Positions 42,404 to 53,455 are shown, counted from the first letter of the stretch. The stretch: DNA of 64,000 bases from Cyanobacteria bacterium P01_D01_bin.156 (GCA_039024555.1 JBCCQQ010000030.1:1-64000), one strand, 5' to 3'. Translations and numbers: made by a program. Notes: a model not told the origin generated them from the letters alone.

Positions 42404-45358
42404 TTATGGACTAGTATATGTATCCCCCATATTAATATCAGCATTATTCTTGCTTGATAGATGCTTACGCACAATTTCTGGATTTCTTGGAAATAAGTTG
42501 AAATAAAACGTGTTACCTTGCTCTGCATTTGCCTCTAGCCATATGCGACCGTCATAGCGCTGAACGATTTTTTTGCAGATGGCTAATCCGATACCGTAGC
42601 CATCGTATTCTTGGCGGGTATGCAATCGTTGAAACAGCTGAAAAATACGCTCTCGATCTTGTTCAGAGATTGCAGGGCCATTGTCTTTAATACCAAAGAG
42701 ATAACCGTGGGATTGCGGCTGTGCGATGATATGCACTTCGGGCGTACTCTGACAAAACTTAATGGCATTGCCAATGAGGTTTTGAAAGAGTTGTACGATA
42801 TGGTGCTGTTCAACCGGCAGGCTAGGTAGCGGGTCTTGGGTGATAATGGGCTTTCGCTGAACACAAATAACTTTGAGATTTTCTAAAGCCATATCCAAAG
42901 GCTTTTGTAAATCCACAGGGACAATGGTTTTAGAAACTTCTTTATCAATGCGTGAGAGGGCTAGAATTCCGTCAATCATTGACTTCATGCGAATTCCACC
43001 CTTGACGATATTGTCGATGTAGCTCGTCGCAGTGGCATCTAACTGATTTTGATAACGCTGGTGTAGCAGTTGGGAAAAGACCGTCATTGCCCGCAAGGGC
43101 TCTTGTAAATCGTGGGATACCCCATAGGCAAATTGTTCTAATCCAGCATTGGAAAGGGATAGTTCGGAAGCCCGCTGAGCCAGTTTTTTCTCGATCTGTT
43201 GACGTTCTTCAATTTCTGCCTGCAATCGCTGATTTGCTTTTTGAAGTTCTCCAGCACGGGCATTGACCAGTTCCTCAGTACTCTGCAGCTCTTCGTTAGT
43301 ACTCTGCAGCTCTTTGTGCGAGGCAATCAGTTCTTCATTGGTGGACTCTAGCTCTTCAACGGTAGCCTGCAAATTTTCTCGGGTTTGTTGCAGTTCATGC
43401 TCCAGTTGAAGGATGTATTGGGCTGCTTCTGAATTGGCTTCAAACTGAGCAGGTGCATCGCTTAGGGGCTGAACAACATCTTGTTTAACCAGAATCATTA
43501 AGAAGTCGCCTATGGGCCGGTTGCCTGAATGTAAGCTGGCAGCAATGGTTAGCGTGTTAATCTCTCTATTGGCGTTAGCCATTTGACAACCGCGATACTC
43601 TACCTGTTCACGGTGTTGTCTAGCTTGATAAAGTGCTGTACTGATGGGTCGTTGCAGGTCTTTAGGGAACAGCTTAAGCGCATCTCGTGAAGCCCGTCCA
43701 TCAGGAATTTGCAACAGATTGAGGTCATCGCCGCAGACATGGAGCAGCTGATTTTGACGATCCAACAGCACACAGGTGGTCTTTTGCTGGCTCAGCAGGT
43801 GGCGAAAGGCGATTTCGATGAGGGGATCACAGCAAATGCTAGCGGCGCGATCAGTGTTAGGAGATGAGGGCAGTTGCAACTGGCAAGTATTCAACTCCAT
43901 TGGCGGTAGGGGTATATTTCTACGCTTTTGATAAAGCTTCCACTTCCGCTGGAGAGGAACAAATTCTTTCTCAATATTGCCGAGAGTTTCTGATTCTCCT
44001 AAAAACAAAATTCCTTTGACATTTAGGGCAAAATGCAGACTCCGCAGAACCCGTTGCTGTAACTTAGGCTGCATATAAATCAATACATTGCGGCAAGTAA
44101 CCACATCCATATTGGTAAAGCCTGCATCCTTTGCTAGGTTGTGATTGGCAAAGATAATCATCTCTCGGATGGATCGGTGCACCTCAAAGTAGCCGTCTTT
44201 TTCAACAAAGAATTTTTTTAACCTTTGTGGGCTGAGCTCACTCCTGATGGAAGTTGGATACATGCCTGCAGAGGCTTTGTCTAGGGCAATGGGGTCGATG
44301 TCAGTGGCAAAGATTTTGGCTTCAAGGGACAATTCAGCCTTATCTAAAAGTTCCCGTAGCAAAATGCCCATTGAATAGGCTTCTTCCCCTGTAGCGCAAG
44401 CAGCCACCCAAATGCGGATGGGGGTATCAACATCGGCGTTGGCAATCAACTCGGGTAGTATTTGGGTCTCCAAGGTGCGCCATGCAGAAGAATCTCGAAA
44501 AAAACCGGTAACGCTTATCAGTAGGTCATTGCGCAGGGTGTCCCGCTCAGTTTCGGACAATTCTAGCCGAGTGATATAGCTATCGAGGTTGGTGTAGCCT
44601 GTGATCAAACAGCGACGTCGAATGCGTCGGGAAATAGAACTGGGTTTGTAATAGGTAAAGTCAATATCGGAATGTTCTTTAACAATATTGACGATTTGCT
44701 GCATTTGAGATTGTTCCAACGGTGGCTGCTGATCGCTACGTAAGCGTTGCCAACTGCTGGGAGTGGTGACAAATTCATAGGTAGCTTGGGCCAGCTCGCT
44801 GGGAGAAAGGACTAAATCTACTATGCCGTTTGCGATCGCACTTTGGGGCATGCCATCAAATTCAGCAGTTTTGGGGTCCTGTACCAGCACTAGACCACCC
44901 GTTTCCGAGATTTCTTGCAATCCTCGGGTGCCATCGCTGCCGGTGCCAGACAGCATAATCCCGATGGTGCGATCGCCCTGCTCCGCTGCTAGAGACTGAA
45001 AAAATAGATCTATAGGAAAATGGGGCTGATCCCCCTGCTCCCGATTCTGGGGAATGAGTCGAAGCTGCTCTCCCTTTAGAATAAGATTTTGACCAGGTGG
45101 GATTAAAAAAATAGTGTTGGGTTTTAGTTCAATACCATCGGTTACCTGGCACACATCCATCTGTGTACGACGTTCCAACAGCTCACTCATCAAACGTTTA
45201 TAATCGGGCAACAGATGCTGTACCACTACAAAAGCAGCGTCACTATCGCAGCGCATGGTGTCAAAAAAAACTTCAATGGCATGTAGACCACCAGCAGAAG
45301 CACCGATTCCCACAACAATGGGCGTCTCTGCAACAGAAGGATTGGCAGATGAGTTCAT
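42404..45358 (-). CDS. CheB methylesterase - CheR methyltransferase - coiled coil - histidine kinase fusion
   Basis: GIGASAGG, QHL, GTGSDG (CheB); ACATGEEAYS (CheR); SHDLQEPLR (H-box); GYGIGLAIC. Confidence 0.9.
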   Translation of the reverse strand: MNSSANPSVAETPIVVGIGASAGGLHAIEVFFDTMRCDSDAAFVVVQHLLPDYKRLMSELLERRTQMDVCQVTDGIELKPNTIFLIPPGQNLILKGEQLRLIPQNREQGDQPHFPIDLFFQSLAAEQGDRTIGIMLSGTGSDGTRGLQEISETGGLVLVQDPKTAEFDGMPQSAIANGIVDLVLSPSELAQATYEFVTTPSSWQRLRSDQQPPLEQSQMQQIVNIVKEHSDIDFTYYKPSSISRRIRRRCLITGYTNLDSYITRLELSETERDTLRNDLLISVTGFFRDSSAWRTLETQILPELIANADVDTPIRIWVAACATGEEAYSMGILLRELLDKAELSLEAKIFATDIDPIALDKASAGMYPTSIRSELSPQRLKKFFVEKDGYFEVHRSIREMIIFANHNLAKDAGFTNMDVVTCRNVLIYMQPKLQQRVLRSLHFALNVKGILFLGESETLGNIEKEFVPLQRKWKLYQKRRNIPLPPMELNTCQLQLPSSPNTDRAASICCDPLIEIAFRHLLSQQKTTCVLLDRQNQLLHVCGDDLNLLQIPDGRASRDALKLFPKDLQRPISTALYQARQHREQVEYRGCQMANANREINTLTIAASLHSGNRPIGDFLMILVKQDVVQPLSDAPAQFEANSEAAQYILQLEHELQQTRENLQATVEELESTNEELIASHKELQSTNEELQSTEELVNARAGELQKANQRLQAEIEERQQIEKKLAQRASELSLSNAGLEQFAYGVSHDLQEPLRAMTVFSQLLHQRYQNQLDATATSYIDNIVKGGIRMKSMIDGILALSRIDKEVSKTIVPVDLQKPLDMALENLKVICVQRKPIITQDPLPSLPVEQHHIVQLFQNLIGNAIKFCQSTPEVHIIAQPQSHGYLFGIKDNGPAISEQDRERIFQLFQRLHTRQEYDGYGIGLAICKKIVQRYDGRIWLEANAEQGNTFYFNLFPRNPEIVRKHLSSKNNADINMGDTYTSP

Positions 45359-45678
45359 AGAATTGAGCTGTTATCATCACGCACTACCTAGCTTCTGACC
45401 ATAAACGTATGAGGCTGAAGCTAAGGCTACGTACAAAGATGAAAGGCGTAGTAAACCCTAAGACAAATTGAAACTTATGGAATGCAGACTTTCTAATGCC
45501 CCTAATAGACCCTAGAAAACTTCGGTTCTCAGCTTATCAATCACTTTTAAGACAGCTCAGAAATTACAGCTTTGTTTTAGAGAAAAGTGCCATACGTGCC
45601 ATCAGCGTGGTATCCAATCCTTTTAACAAAATTAATAAATTCTGATACGTGATTGACCTACAAAAAATGCATCAAAAG

Positions 45679-45717
45679 CAAAGTCCGAGTAAGCCATTAT
45701 GGCTTACTCGGACTTTG
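45679..45717. terminator. Near-perfect 39-bp palindrome downstream of rpsN
   Basis: 19-bp arms CAAAGTCCGAGTAAGCCAT / ATGGCTTACTCGGACTTTG. Confidence 0.7.
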
Positions 45718-45776
45718 TTGAAAATGATTCACTTGCTCAGTCCATGAAACCGGGCAAGCAGTTCCAGAGCTAAAAC

Positions 45777-46079
45777 TTACCAGCTAGACTTCACTACACC
45801 GGGAAGTAACCCCTGATGAGCCATATCTCGTAGGGCATTGCGGCAAAGGCCAAAATCACGATAGTAACCGTGGGGACGCCCTGTTAGCCAGCAGCGATTG
45901 TGCAAGCGAGTAGGAGCGCTATCGCGGGGCAGGTTTTGAATCTTGCGATGAATCTCTAGCTTTTCTGCCTGGGAACCAGCGGATTTAAATGCTTTGAGAA
46001 GCTCTTCACGCTTGGCTGCGTACTTTGCAACTACTTTTTCGCGCTTACGCTGGCGCGCAATCATGCCTTTTTTAGCCAT
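45777..46079 (-). CDS. rpsN: 30S ribosomal protein S14
   Basis: MAKKGMIAR...[11 protein letters not shown]. Confidence 0.97.
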   Translation of the reverse strand: MAKKGMIARQRKREKVVAKYAAKREELLKAFKSAGSQAEKLEIHRKIQNLPRDSAPTRLHNRCWLTGRPHGYYRDFGLCRNALRDMAHQGLLPGVVKSSW

Positions 46080-46157
46080 TGGGCTGACAGTTTCCTATGG
46101 ATTTCGATCTTTATCACAGTCTCTCATGTTAGTGGATATCAGTTGCTTTGGCAAAAA

Positions 46158-46913
46158 TTATTTTGCACCATTGCCATTGGCATTACCTTTTTTAGCCAGT
46201 CGGGCGGCCTTCGCTTTTATTAGCTTCGGCCCCGATGGGCACCAGTTTATGAGCTGGCAGCGATCGCAAGCAGGATTGCGAGCATCACATACAGCCCGAC
46301 CATGATAGACCAAACGAATTGACCAATTTTCCCAGTCTGGCTGAGGTAGCAGTTTCATCAAATCCTGCTCGATTTTAACCGGAGCATCATGTTTAGTCAG
46401 ACCTAGCCGATTAGTAATCCGTTTTACATGGGTATCAACGGTCACCCCTGCGTTAATACCAAAGGCATGGGCCAGGACCACATTAGCGGTCTTCCGCGCC
46501 ACCCCTGGCAAACTAGTCAATTCTTCCATTGAGCGAGGTACATCACCACCAAAGGCGGTGATGATTCTCTCGCAAGCCCCACGGATATTTTTAGCCTTGT
46601 TGCGGTAGAACCCCGTTGACTTAATATATGACTCAATTTCACTGACCTCAGCCTCGGCATAGTCAGTGACCTCGGGAAACCGTTCGAATAATGCAGGGGT
46701 AACAATATTGACCCGAGCATCGGTACATTGCGCTGACAGCATAGTGGCAATCAACAGCTGTAACGGATTTTCGTAATCGAGGGAACACGGAGCCTCAGGA
46801 TACAGCTCCTTAAGGCAATCTAGAATTAACAACGCGCGCCGTTTCTTAGTCAAACGGGGACGGCGACTAACCTCTCCTGAGGGTTGCTTAGCAGTGGCCT
46901 TATCAAGAGTCAT
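46158..46913 (-). CDS. nth: Endonuclease III
   Basis: LSAQCTD, HhH LPGVARKTA, C-x6-C-x2-C-x5-C Fe-S motif. Confidence 0.96.
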   Translation of the reverse strand: MTLDKATAKQPSGEVSRRPRLTKKRRALLILDCLKELYPEAPCSLDYENPLQLLIATMLSAQCTDARVNIVTPALFERFPEVTDYAEAEVSEIESYIKSTGFYRNKAKNIRGACERIITAFGGDVPRSMEELTSLPGVARKTANVVLAHAFGINAGVTVDTHVKRITNRLGLTKHDAPVKIEQDLMKLLPQPDWENWSIRLVYHGRAVCDARNPACDRCQLINWCPSGPKLIKAKAARLAKKGNANGNGAK

Positions 46914-47123
46914 TCAATGCCCAAAACCTTAAGAGGATACACGAGCAACGTCACTACCTTGAAGCTTAGGCAGCTTTATATCCTTCCGCCATGGATTCTC
47001 CCTGGTTACTAGGAGCATTGGAAAATTCCTTCGGGCAAACCGCAGCGTCATCGTTGAGCCGGAAACGTTAGTACTGATAGGATATGTGGCCTTCCATCGG
47101 TTAGCCCGACTTGAAATGAGCCT

Positions 47124-48218
47124 CTACTGAAAGACGTTTTGAAAAATTTCCAATCGAGAAATATCGCGGGCAATGAGCATGCCGCCCAAACCCAAAAACA
47201 GAAGCAGTCCCGTCTGCATCACACTTTCTTGCAAACGTCGAGGCAAGGGCTTGCCAATGAGCGCTTCCACTAATAGAAAGGCTAATTGTCCTCCATCTAA
47301 CGCCGGTAGGGGCAATATATTGATGATTGCCAAATTGACGCTGATCAAGGCAGTGAATGGGAACAGGCTAATGATATTAGAATCCGCCATGGTCCGCCCC
47401 TGGTCAACAATACCGACCGGACTTGACACCTGACTGGACATTTCAGAAAAATTAGTGGCTAAAGCAAAGAATCCCTGAGCCGTACGCACAAACACATTTT
47501 GAAACTCATCGGCGGCAAAGCTCATCACTTGGATAGGATTTGCCGAACGCTCGTAGCTGAACTTGCCATTGGGATAAAGCTGAACCCCAATCACAGCTTT
47601 ACCTTCTGGAGAAATATCTGGAGTAACTGTGAGATTCAGTTCCTGTCTACCCCGTTGAATCATTAGGTCCACAGGCTTTTCAGGACTACTCTGAATGGCA
47701 TCAATCAGAATATCTACATTGTCTTCGCCCTGATTGAGTGGACGGCTATCCACAGAAAGAATAATATCCCCAGCCCTAATGCCCGCCGCCGCCGCCGGGG
47801 ATGTACTAGACATTACTTGCGGGATTAGTACACCAGGTTCAGGGACAAAGTTTTGCGGTACTCCTACCGTTGTGAACTGAATGACAAACACTAGGTAGGC
47901 AAACAGCAAATTTGCAATTACCCCAGCACTCATGACAATGGCCCGATCCATGACAGGACGATTCTGTAGCAGGTCAGGATCATCAGGGGCAAAGCTGGTA
48001 TCTGTATCCTCGTCCATCGGAAACCCTACGAAGCCCCCGAGGGGTAATGCCCGTAGCGCATATTCCGTCTGCGCTCCCTGATATTTCCAAAGAATGGGGC
48101 CAAAACCAATGGAAAACCGATTGACGTGAATGCCTTGTAGGCGAGCGGCTAAGAAATGACCTAGCTCATGGACAAAAATTAGCAGGGCAATGACAGAGAT
48201 AACAGCCAGGGCGGACAT
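47124..48218 (-). CDS. rseP: RIP metalloprotease RseP
   Basis: HELGH, PDZ domain, NILPLPALDGG. Confidence 0.95.
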   Translation of the reverse strand: MSALAVISVIALLIFVHELGHFLAARLQGIHVNRFSIGFGPILWKYQGAQTEYALRALPLGGFVGFPMDEDTDTSFAPDDPDLLQNRPVMDRAIVMSAGVIANLLFAYLVFVIQFTTVGVPQNFVPEPGVLIPQVMSSTSPAAAAGIRAGDIILSVDSRPLNQGEDNVDILIDAIQSSPEKPVDLMIQRGRQELNLTVTPDISPEGKAVIGVQLYPNGKFSYERSANPIQVMSFAADEFQNVFVRTAQGFFALATNFSEMSSQVSSPVGIVDQGRTMADSNIISLFPFTALISVNLAIINILPLPALDGGQLAFLLVEALIGKPLPRRLQESVMQTGLLLFLGLGGMLIARDISRLEIFQNVFQ

Positions 48219-48454
48219 AAATGCAAATAACTTAGAGCAGTCAATTCGGCGCGAAACGCCAGATTAACCTTATTCTACCGTCCGGTTGAGTAGATGGTGG
48301 GAGCCTATGATAGGCATCGACGCTGCTTACGATAGAGAAATGCTAAAAATGGTTCAAAACTGCCTCATATTCTCAAGGATATGTTTTGTGCAGACTACTC
48401 AGTGTGTCTTAGAGCTGTCCTGGCAAAATCCTTATTATTAGTCTTGAGGCAATG

Positions 48455-49648
48455 TCAAGTTCTTAATGTGTCCATAGCTTGATTCATCTTAGACATGAGC
48501 CACAGCTGACAACGCAAACGTTTAGTGGAGGGATGTTCTAAGCCTAGGCTTTGTTCAAAAATCTCTAACGCTTGGTGAAACAAGGGTTGAGCTTTAGTGT
48601 AGCGGCCTTGATTGTCGTAAAGGGTGGCTAAGTTCCATTGGCTTACGGCTACATCAAGATGGTGGGGACCCAATAGCCAAGTACGCATTGCCAATACCCC
48701 TTGTAAAAGTGGTTCAGCTTCACTATCGCGACCTTCATAAAGATATAGATCCGCCAAGTTAGCAATGAGACCAATACTTAAATAGTGCAGTTTAGTCTGA
48801 GCGGAGTTCTGTTTCTGCAAGTTCAAATTTCTTGACTTGGGACCAACCGTCATATCTGTTTGACAACCCACAAGCCGCTCAGCTGTTCCGGAGGAATCCC
48901 AAACAGCTGCCCCCCTGGTTAACACCCAAAGGTAGCTACCATCTTGATGTCGAAGACGATATTCACAGTGAAATTTAGACTGTTGTCGAGTTAGGTAGTT
49001 CCGGAGTATTCGATCAAAACCAGCTCGATCAGCTGGATGTATGCGAGATAGCCATTCCTCTGGACTATCGCTTAAGCTCTTCACCCCCAGCAACGACCGC
49101 CAGTGAGGCGAGTAATCGATGCGGTTTTGCCGTAGATTCCAGTCCCAAGTGCCATCGTTCGCTTCCTGAGTAATTAGCGTATCGCGAGCCTGGTTAGCAG
49201 TTTTAACATTCTGACTAGACTCTGAACATTTAATCGCATAGCGAATACGCTGAACTAAGCAATTGCCCACATCCACATAGCCTTGTTGGGCTAGCCGAGC
49301 GGGAGAAAGGGTATCTGACTTAACAACATAGTCCTGAGCGCCTTCCTGAAGAGCGGCCTCAGCAATAATCGGATCCTGGGTGCCTGTTAACACAACAACA
49401 GGTATCCGAGGTGCTTGCTGTTTTAATCGTTTAATAAGCGAGAGTCCTTGCCCATCGGGCAAATGGAGATCTAACAAAACAACATCAAAAACGCTAACTT
49501 GTAGCATGTCCAAGGCTTCTTCAAAGCGCTCAGCATGATGGATCTGAGGTTTGTCAAACTCTGATGAGTTGAGAAGCGCTTGAACAAGCTGGGCATCTGA
49601 GTAACTGTCTTCGACCAATAGGGCATCAATGGTTGATTTCATGGTCAA
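48455..49648 (-). CDS. REC-PAS-TPR signalling protein
   Basis: REC and PAS closely resemble 38870-41359; C-terminal kinesin-light-chain-type TPRs (NLATLYDNQGRY...LGLEHPST). Confidence 0.85.
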   Translation of the reverse strand: MTMKSTIDALLVEDSYSDAQLVQALLNSSEFDKPQIHHAERFEEALDMLQVSVFDVVLLDLHLPDGQGLSLIKRLKQQAPRIPVVVLTGTQDPIIAEAALQEGAQDYVVKSDTLSPARLAQQGYVDVGNCLVQRIRYAIKCSESSQNVKTANQARDTLITQEANDGTWDWNLRQNRIDYSPHWRSLLGVKSLSDSPEEWLSRIHPADRAGFDRILRNYLTRQQSKFHCEYRLRHQDGSYLWVLTRGAAVWDSSGTAERLVGCQTDMTVGPKSRNLNLQKQNSAQTKLHYLSIGLIANLADLYLYEGRDSEAEPLLQGVLAMRTWLLGPHHLDVAVSQWNLATLYDNQGRYTKAQPLFHQALEIFEQSLGLEHPSTKRLRCQLWLMSKMNQAMDTLRT

Positions 49649-49896
49649 GCACTACTGTACAGACTGTTGACATGAGAGCGGCTTGGGGGCACGGTGGGCT
49701 ATCGCTCAACAAACGGTAGCTTTAAATTCTGAAAGGAAAACACATTTTTTATGTCTAGTAACGTTATTCTCTGAAATAGCCTTAATCATCGGTATGTTAA
49801 GTAGTTTGGTAGCCATGTCAAGCTACTACCTAACAGTTTAATTTTGATGAACTATTCTGTTTTGAAAGAATCTTTCAGAGAAAATACAGAGGATTT

Positions 49897-49953
49897 CTTG
49901 CTTGTCTTGAGATAACTTGCTTGTTTTGAGATAACTTGCTTGTTTTGAGATAA
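49897..49953. repeat. 19-bp tandem repeat x3
   Basis: CTTGCTTGT(C/T)TTGAGATAA repeated three times. Confidence 0.9.
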
Positions 49954-49972
49954 GAGTAAACAACAAAAAGAG

Positions 49973-50236
49973 CTAGTAGGTAGACAGAAACTCTTCCAAT
50001 AAATGAAACTGCTCTGCATTGAGGCTGTAGTATGCTCGCCGACCTTGGCGACGCAGCATGAGTAAACCAGAATCCTTAAGCGTTTTGAGGTGAAAAGAAA
50101 TTTTAGACTGGGGTAAACTCAACTCCTGACATATTTCACTCACGCAAAGTTCACCGTTTTGCAACAGATTGACTATTTGAATTCTAAGTGGTTCCGATAA
50201 TGCGTGGAATCCCAGAAGTACAGGTTGCTTATCCAT
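49973..50236 (-). CDS. ArsR/SmtB-family regulator
   Basis: FHALSEPLR, ELCVSEI, QSKISFHLKTLK. Confidence 0.88.
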   Translation of the reverse strand: MDKQPVLLGFHALSEPLRIQIVNLLQNGELCVSEICQELSLPQSKISFHLKTLKDSGLLMLRRQGRRAYYSLNAEQFHLLEEFLSTY

Positions 50237-50657
50237 GAGAGTAATCTCCAGATGATCATTAAATGACTGGAGTATGTTATGAACTCGCCATTTTTAGTGG
50301 AGCTTTTGTTGGATTATTAAAAGGGTCTATAGAAGACTGTAAAAAGTCATACCTCTCTTTACCCTACAGACTGGTATCTGAGAAATTATCTACACTCTGC
50401 AACCAAAAATTGTTCGGCATGCTTTAAGTCAGAGTTGAAGTAACTCTTTCCACTATGACCAGTGAGCAACATATGAAAGTTAAAAATAATCTAAAGAATT
50501 CTTATGGGTATTAGTATCCCTGAGAGATCTAGAATACCGAATCAGGGATACTACGTAACTTGGTTTTAGCCCAAGCATATTGCAGTTACGACTGCAACTG
50601 ATGGTCCACTTAAATAAGACAAATACTTGTTTTCGAAACAAATGTAGGACCTGGGGG

Positions 50658-51944
50658 TTATATAAACTCTCGTCCTATGTAGGGCTGCAGCACCTCGGGG
50701 ATTTTTATACTGCCGTTAGGCTGCTGGTAATTTTCAAGGATGGCGGCCATGGTACGACCGATAGCTAGGCCAGATCCGTTGAGGGTGTGGACGAACTGAG
50801 TCCCTTTTTTGCCTGGAGTCTTAAATCGGATGTCAGCGCGGCGGGCTTGGAAATCAATACAGTTTGAGCAGCTGGAGATTTCACGATAACGATTAGCGGA
50901 GGGGAGCCAAACTTCTAAATCGTAGGTTTTAGCGGCGGAAAATCCCATGTCTCCTGTACACAGAGCTAGAACGCGATAGGGCAGCTTGAGCTGTTGAAGA
51001 ATATCTTCAGCATCTTTAGTTAGGGCTTCGAGTTCATCAAAGGACTGGTCTGGGTGAACAAACTTAAACATTTCTACCTTGTTGAACTGGTGTAGCCGGA
51101 TTAGTCCACGGGTATCGCGACCGTAGCTGCCTGCTTCTCGACGAAAGCAAGGGGTATAGGCGCAGTAATTGATAGGGAGTTGTTCTTCGGTCAGAATTTC
51201 GCTTCGGTGCAAGTTGGTTAAGGGTACTTCAGCGGTGGGCGTGAGCCATAAATCATCGTCGGCACATTTGAAGCTGTCTTCGGCAAACTTTGGTAGCTGA
51301 CCAGAGCCGGTGAGTGAGGCAGAATTCACTAAAATAGGCGGCAGCATTTCTGTATACCCCGCTTTAGTATGGCGATCGAGCATGAACTGAATCAACGCCC
51401 GTTCTAGGGCTGCTCCAGCACCAATCAGCGTTACAAAGCGGCTCTGGGCAATTTTGACTGAACGCTCGAAATTCATAATCCCCAGCTTTTCACCCAACTC
51501 GTAGTGGGCTAAAAAGCTATCTCCCTGGGGAATTAGCTCATCTCCCCAACGGCGGACTTCTACATTATCGTCTTCATCTTTGCCCTCAGGTGTAGTGTCG
51601 CTGGGCACGTTAGGGAGTGTTAGCAGACTGTCGTAAATCTTGGCCTTGAGTTCTTTTTCTTTGGGTTCTAGCTCAGCCAGTTCTTTTTTAACCTGATTGC
51701 CTTCATCCTTTAGTGCGTTCACCTCGTCGCCTTTGGGATCGGCACCACCCTTGATTTTCATGCCGACGGCTTTGCCAATTTCATTACTGCGGGCCTGGAG
51801 CTGCGATCGCACCCCTTCTAATTCTCGTTGCTCACTATCCAGCGTCTGGATATCAGATAGTGCTTGGTTGTAATCACCGCTGCGTTTGGCTAGGGCCGCT
51901 GCTACCTGGTCAGGATTTTGTCGAATCAGCTTTAGATCAAGCAC
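50658..51944 (-). CDS. serS: Serine--tRNA ligase
   Basis: [30 protein letters not shown]. Confidence 0.97.
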   Translation of the reverse strand: MLDLKLIRQNPDQVAAALAKRSGDYNQALSDIQTLDSEQRELEGVRSQLQARSNEIGKAVGMKIKGGADPKGDEVNALKDEGNQVKKELAELEPKEKELKAKIYDSLLTLPNVPSDTTPEGKDEDDNVEVRRWGDELIPQGDSFLAHYELGEKLGIMNFERSVKIAQSRFVTLIGAGAALERALIQFMLDRHTKAGYTEMLPPILVNSASLTGSGQLPKFAEDSFKCADDDLWLTPTAEVPLTNLHRSEILTEEQLPINYCAYTPCFRREAGSYGRDTRGLIRLHQFNKVEMFKFVHPDQSFDELEALTKDAEDILQQLKLPYRVLALCTGDMGFSAAKTYDLEVWLPSANRYREISSCSNCIDFQARRADIRFKTPGKKGTQFVHTLNGSGLAIGRTMAAILENYQQPNGSIKIPEVLQPYIGREFI

Positions 51945-52197
51945 TGTGGTTCACCGAGTTTTCCCAGTAGATCAGAATAACAGGGATAGCGAAAAGTTTT
52001 AAGTTTTGAATTTTGAGGGATAGAGCCATCGCTCGGTCCCTGCCCCAAAAACTCAGCCCCTAAAACTCAAACGGTTGAGGCTTTGATGCCTCAACCGAAC
52101 AGTCGGTTATGGGCTGTCAAAGCATTCTTACAGATAAATACATGCCGAGCGTCCGCAGGCTTAACTCCAAAATGGTGACCCTGCGGACTATCCGTCG

Positions 52198-52437
52198 CTA
52201 GACTACCTGCTCAATTTCAGCAATTTCAGGAATAAATTCCCGTAAGCGTCGCTCAATACCCATCCTCAGGGTCATCGCAGAGCTAGGGCATGAACCGCAG
52301 GCACCCTGAAGACGAAGCTTGACAACGGGGCCATCGATTTCAACCAGTTCTACATTTCCACCGTCAGCCATGAGATAGGGGCGGAGTTCATCCAAGACTT
52401 GTTCTACGTTTTCGTTTGTTAGGGCTAGGGTTTCCAT
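52198..52437 (-). CDS. nfuA: NifU/NfuA-family Fe-S scaffold
   Basis: [13 protein letters not shown]...GACGSCPSS. Confidence 0.92.
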   Translation of the reverse strand: METLALTNENVEQVLDELRPYLMADGGNVELVEIDGPVVKLRLQGACGSCPSSAMTLRMGIERRLREFIPEIAEIEQVV

Positions 52438-52564
52438 TAGGTATTGTTAAAGATCGAAACTTCTATCTCAATACTAGCTTTTGACTAGAAAAGCTTGGCT
52501 CAAAGTTATTCAATGATTGTTACAGGGAAAGCTCTCTCATCAATTTTCCTAATACTGGGAAATG

Positions 52565-52945
52565 CTAAGCATTCAGATGCCAGCAGCGAATTTGTCCAGC
52601 CCAGTCACCACTAATTAGAGTGCGTCCGTCGGGGGCAAACACCGCAGACCACACACCACTTTCGTGACTTTCGAGAACATCTAGCAGTTTGCGGGTGGTC
52701 ATATTCCAAATGCGGATGGTGCGATCGCGGCTAGCAGTGGCCATTAATTTACCATCGGCACTAAAGCTGATGATGTAGTGTCCATTCCTATCCATAGCAA
52801 TGGCGCGAACCCAGCTTTCATGGGCCTCAATGGTTTGGGTACAACGCCAAAGGTGGCGAGATGAGCTTACAGCTCTATCAGCGACTATCTGTATCAGTAT
52901 CAGGAAGCTTACAAACGGATTATTAGTTGCTGGCCTCTCCAACAT
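52565..52945 (-). pseudogene. WD40-repeat protein remnant
   Basis: Only about two WD40 repeats, one of them chimeric (GHYIIS joined to FSADGKLMATAS); the start is uncertain. Confidence 0.6.
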
Positions 52946-53124
52946 TTCGGGAAGAAGCACATAGCAATAACAACCAAAATTAGGTTGAAAATTCCTGACG
53001 TTAGTGTAGAAGTGACAAAGAATCCGGCGGGTTATGTGAGGTTCAGTCGTAATTTGTAGCTTACATGCGGATAAACATGGTTCATCAGAGCACTTTGAAA
53101 GCAGCGCTTGATTCAGCATGCCGT

Positions 53125-53439
53125 ATGACGCCCAGATCACCCAAAAAACAGTCTAAAAAACCTCTATCGACCATGTTTTTTAGTTTTCTCGCAATTGGTG
53201 GGGGATTTCTAACACTGGATTGGTTTATACCTGGCACTCGCCCACCCTTATTGGATTACTTGGTACAGCCGGGATGTATGGTTAAAGGCAATATTTCTTA
53301 CCAGAACGGCAAACGGATTTACCATGTGCCAGGGATGGAAGGATATACGGCGGCAGAAATTGATCCACGTCGCGGAGAAAAATGGTTCTGTTCAGAGGCC
53401 GATGCCCAAGCCGGTGGTTGGTCAAAAGCTCCACGGTAA
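53125..53439 (+). CDS. Small membrane-anchored protein with a C.VKGNIS...YHVPG...WFCSE..A..GW domain
   Basis: Domain usually found C-terminal on thermonuclease-like or cold-shock proteins. Start reassigned to ATG 53125. Confidence 0.7.
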   Translation: MTPRSPKKQSKKPLSTMFFSFLAIGGGFLTLDWFIPGTRPPLLDYLVQPGCMVKGNISYQNGKRIYHVPGMEGYTAAEIDPRRGEKWFCSEADAQAGGWSKAPR

Positions 53440-53455
53440 AGGTTTGTTTAAGTCA

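Noticed and set aside
49897..49953. Possible mini-CRISPR
   Set aside because: Units are adjacent with no spacers, and there are no cas genes.
51993..52097. TTTTGAA-type heptamers and hairpins upstream of serS
   Set aside because: Ordinary cyanobacterial short tandem repeats and terminators; no T-box features.
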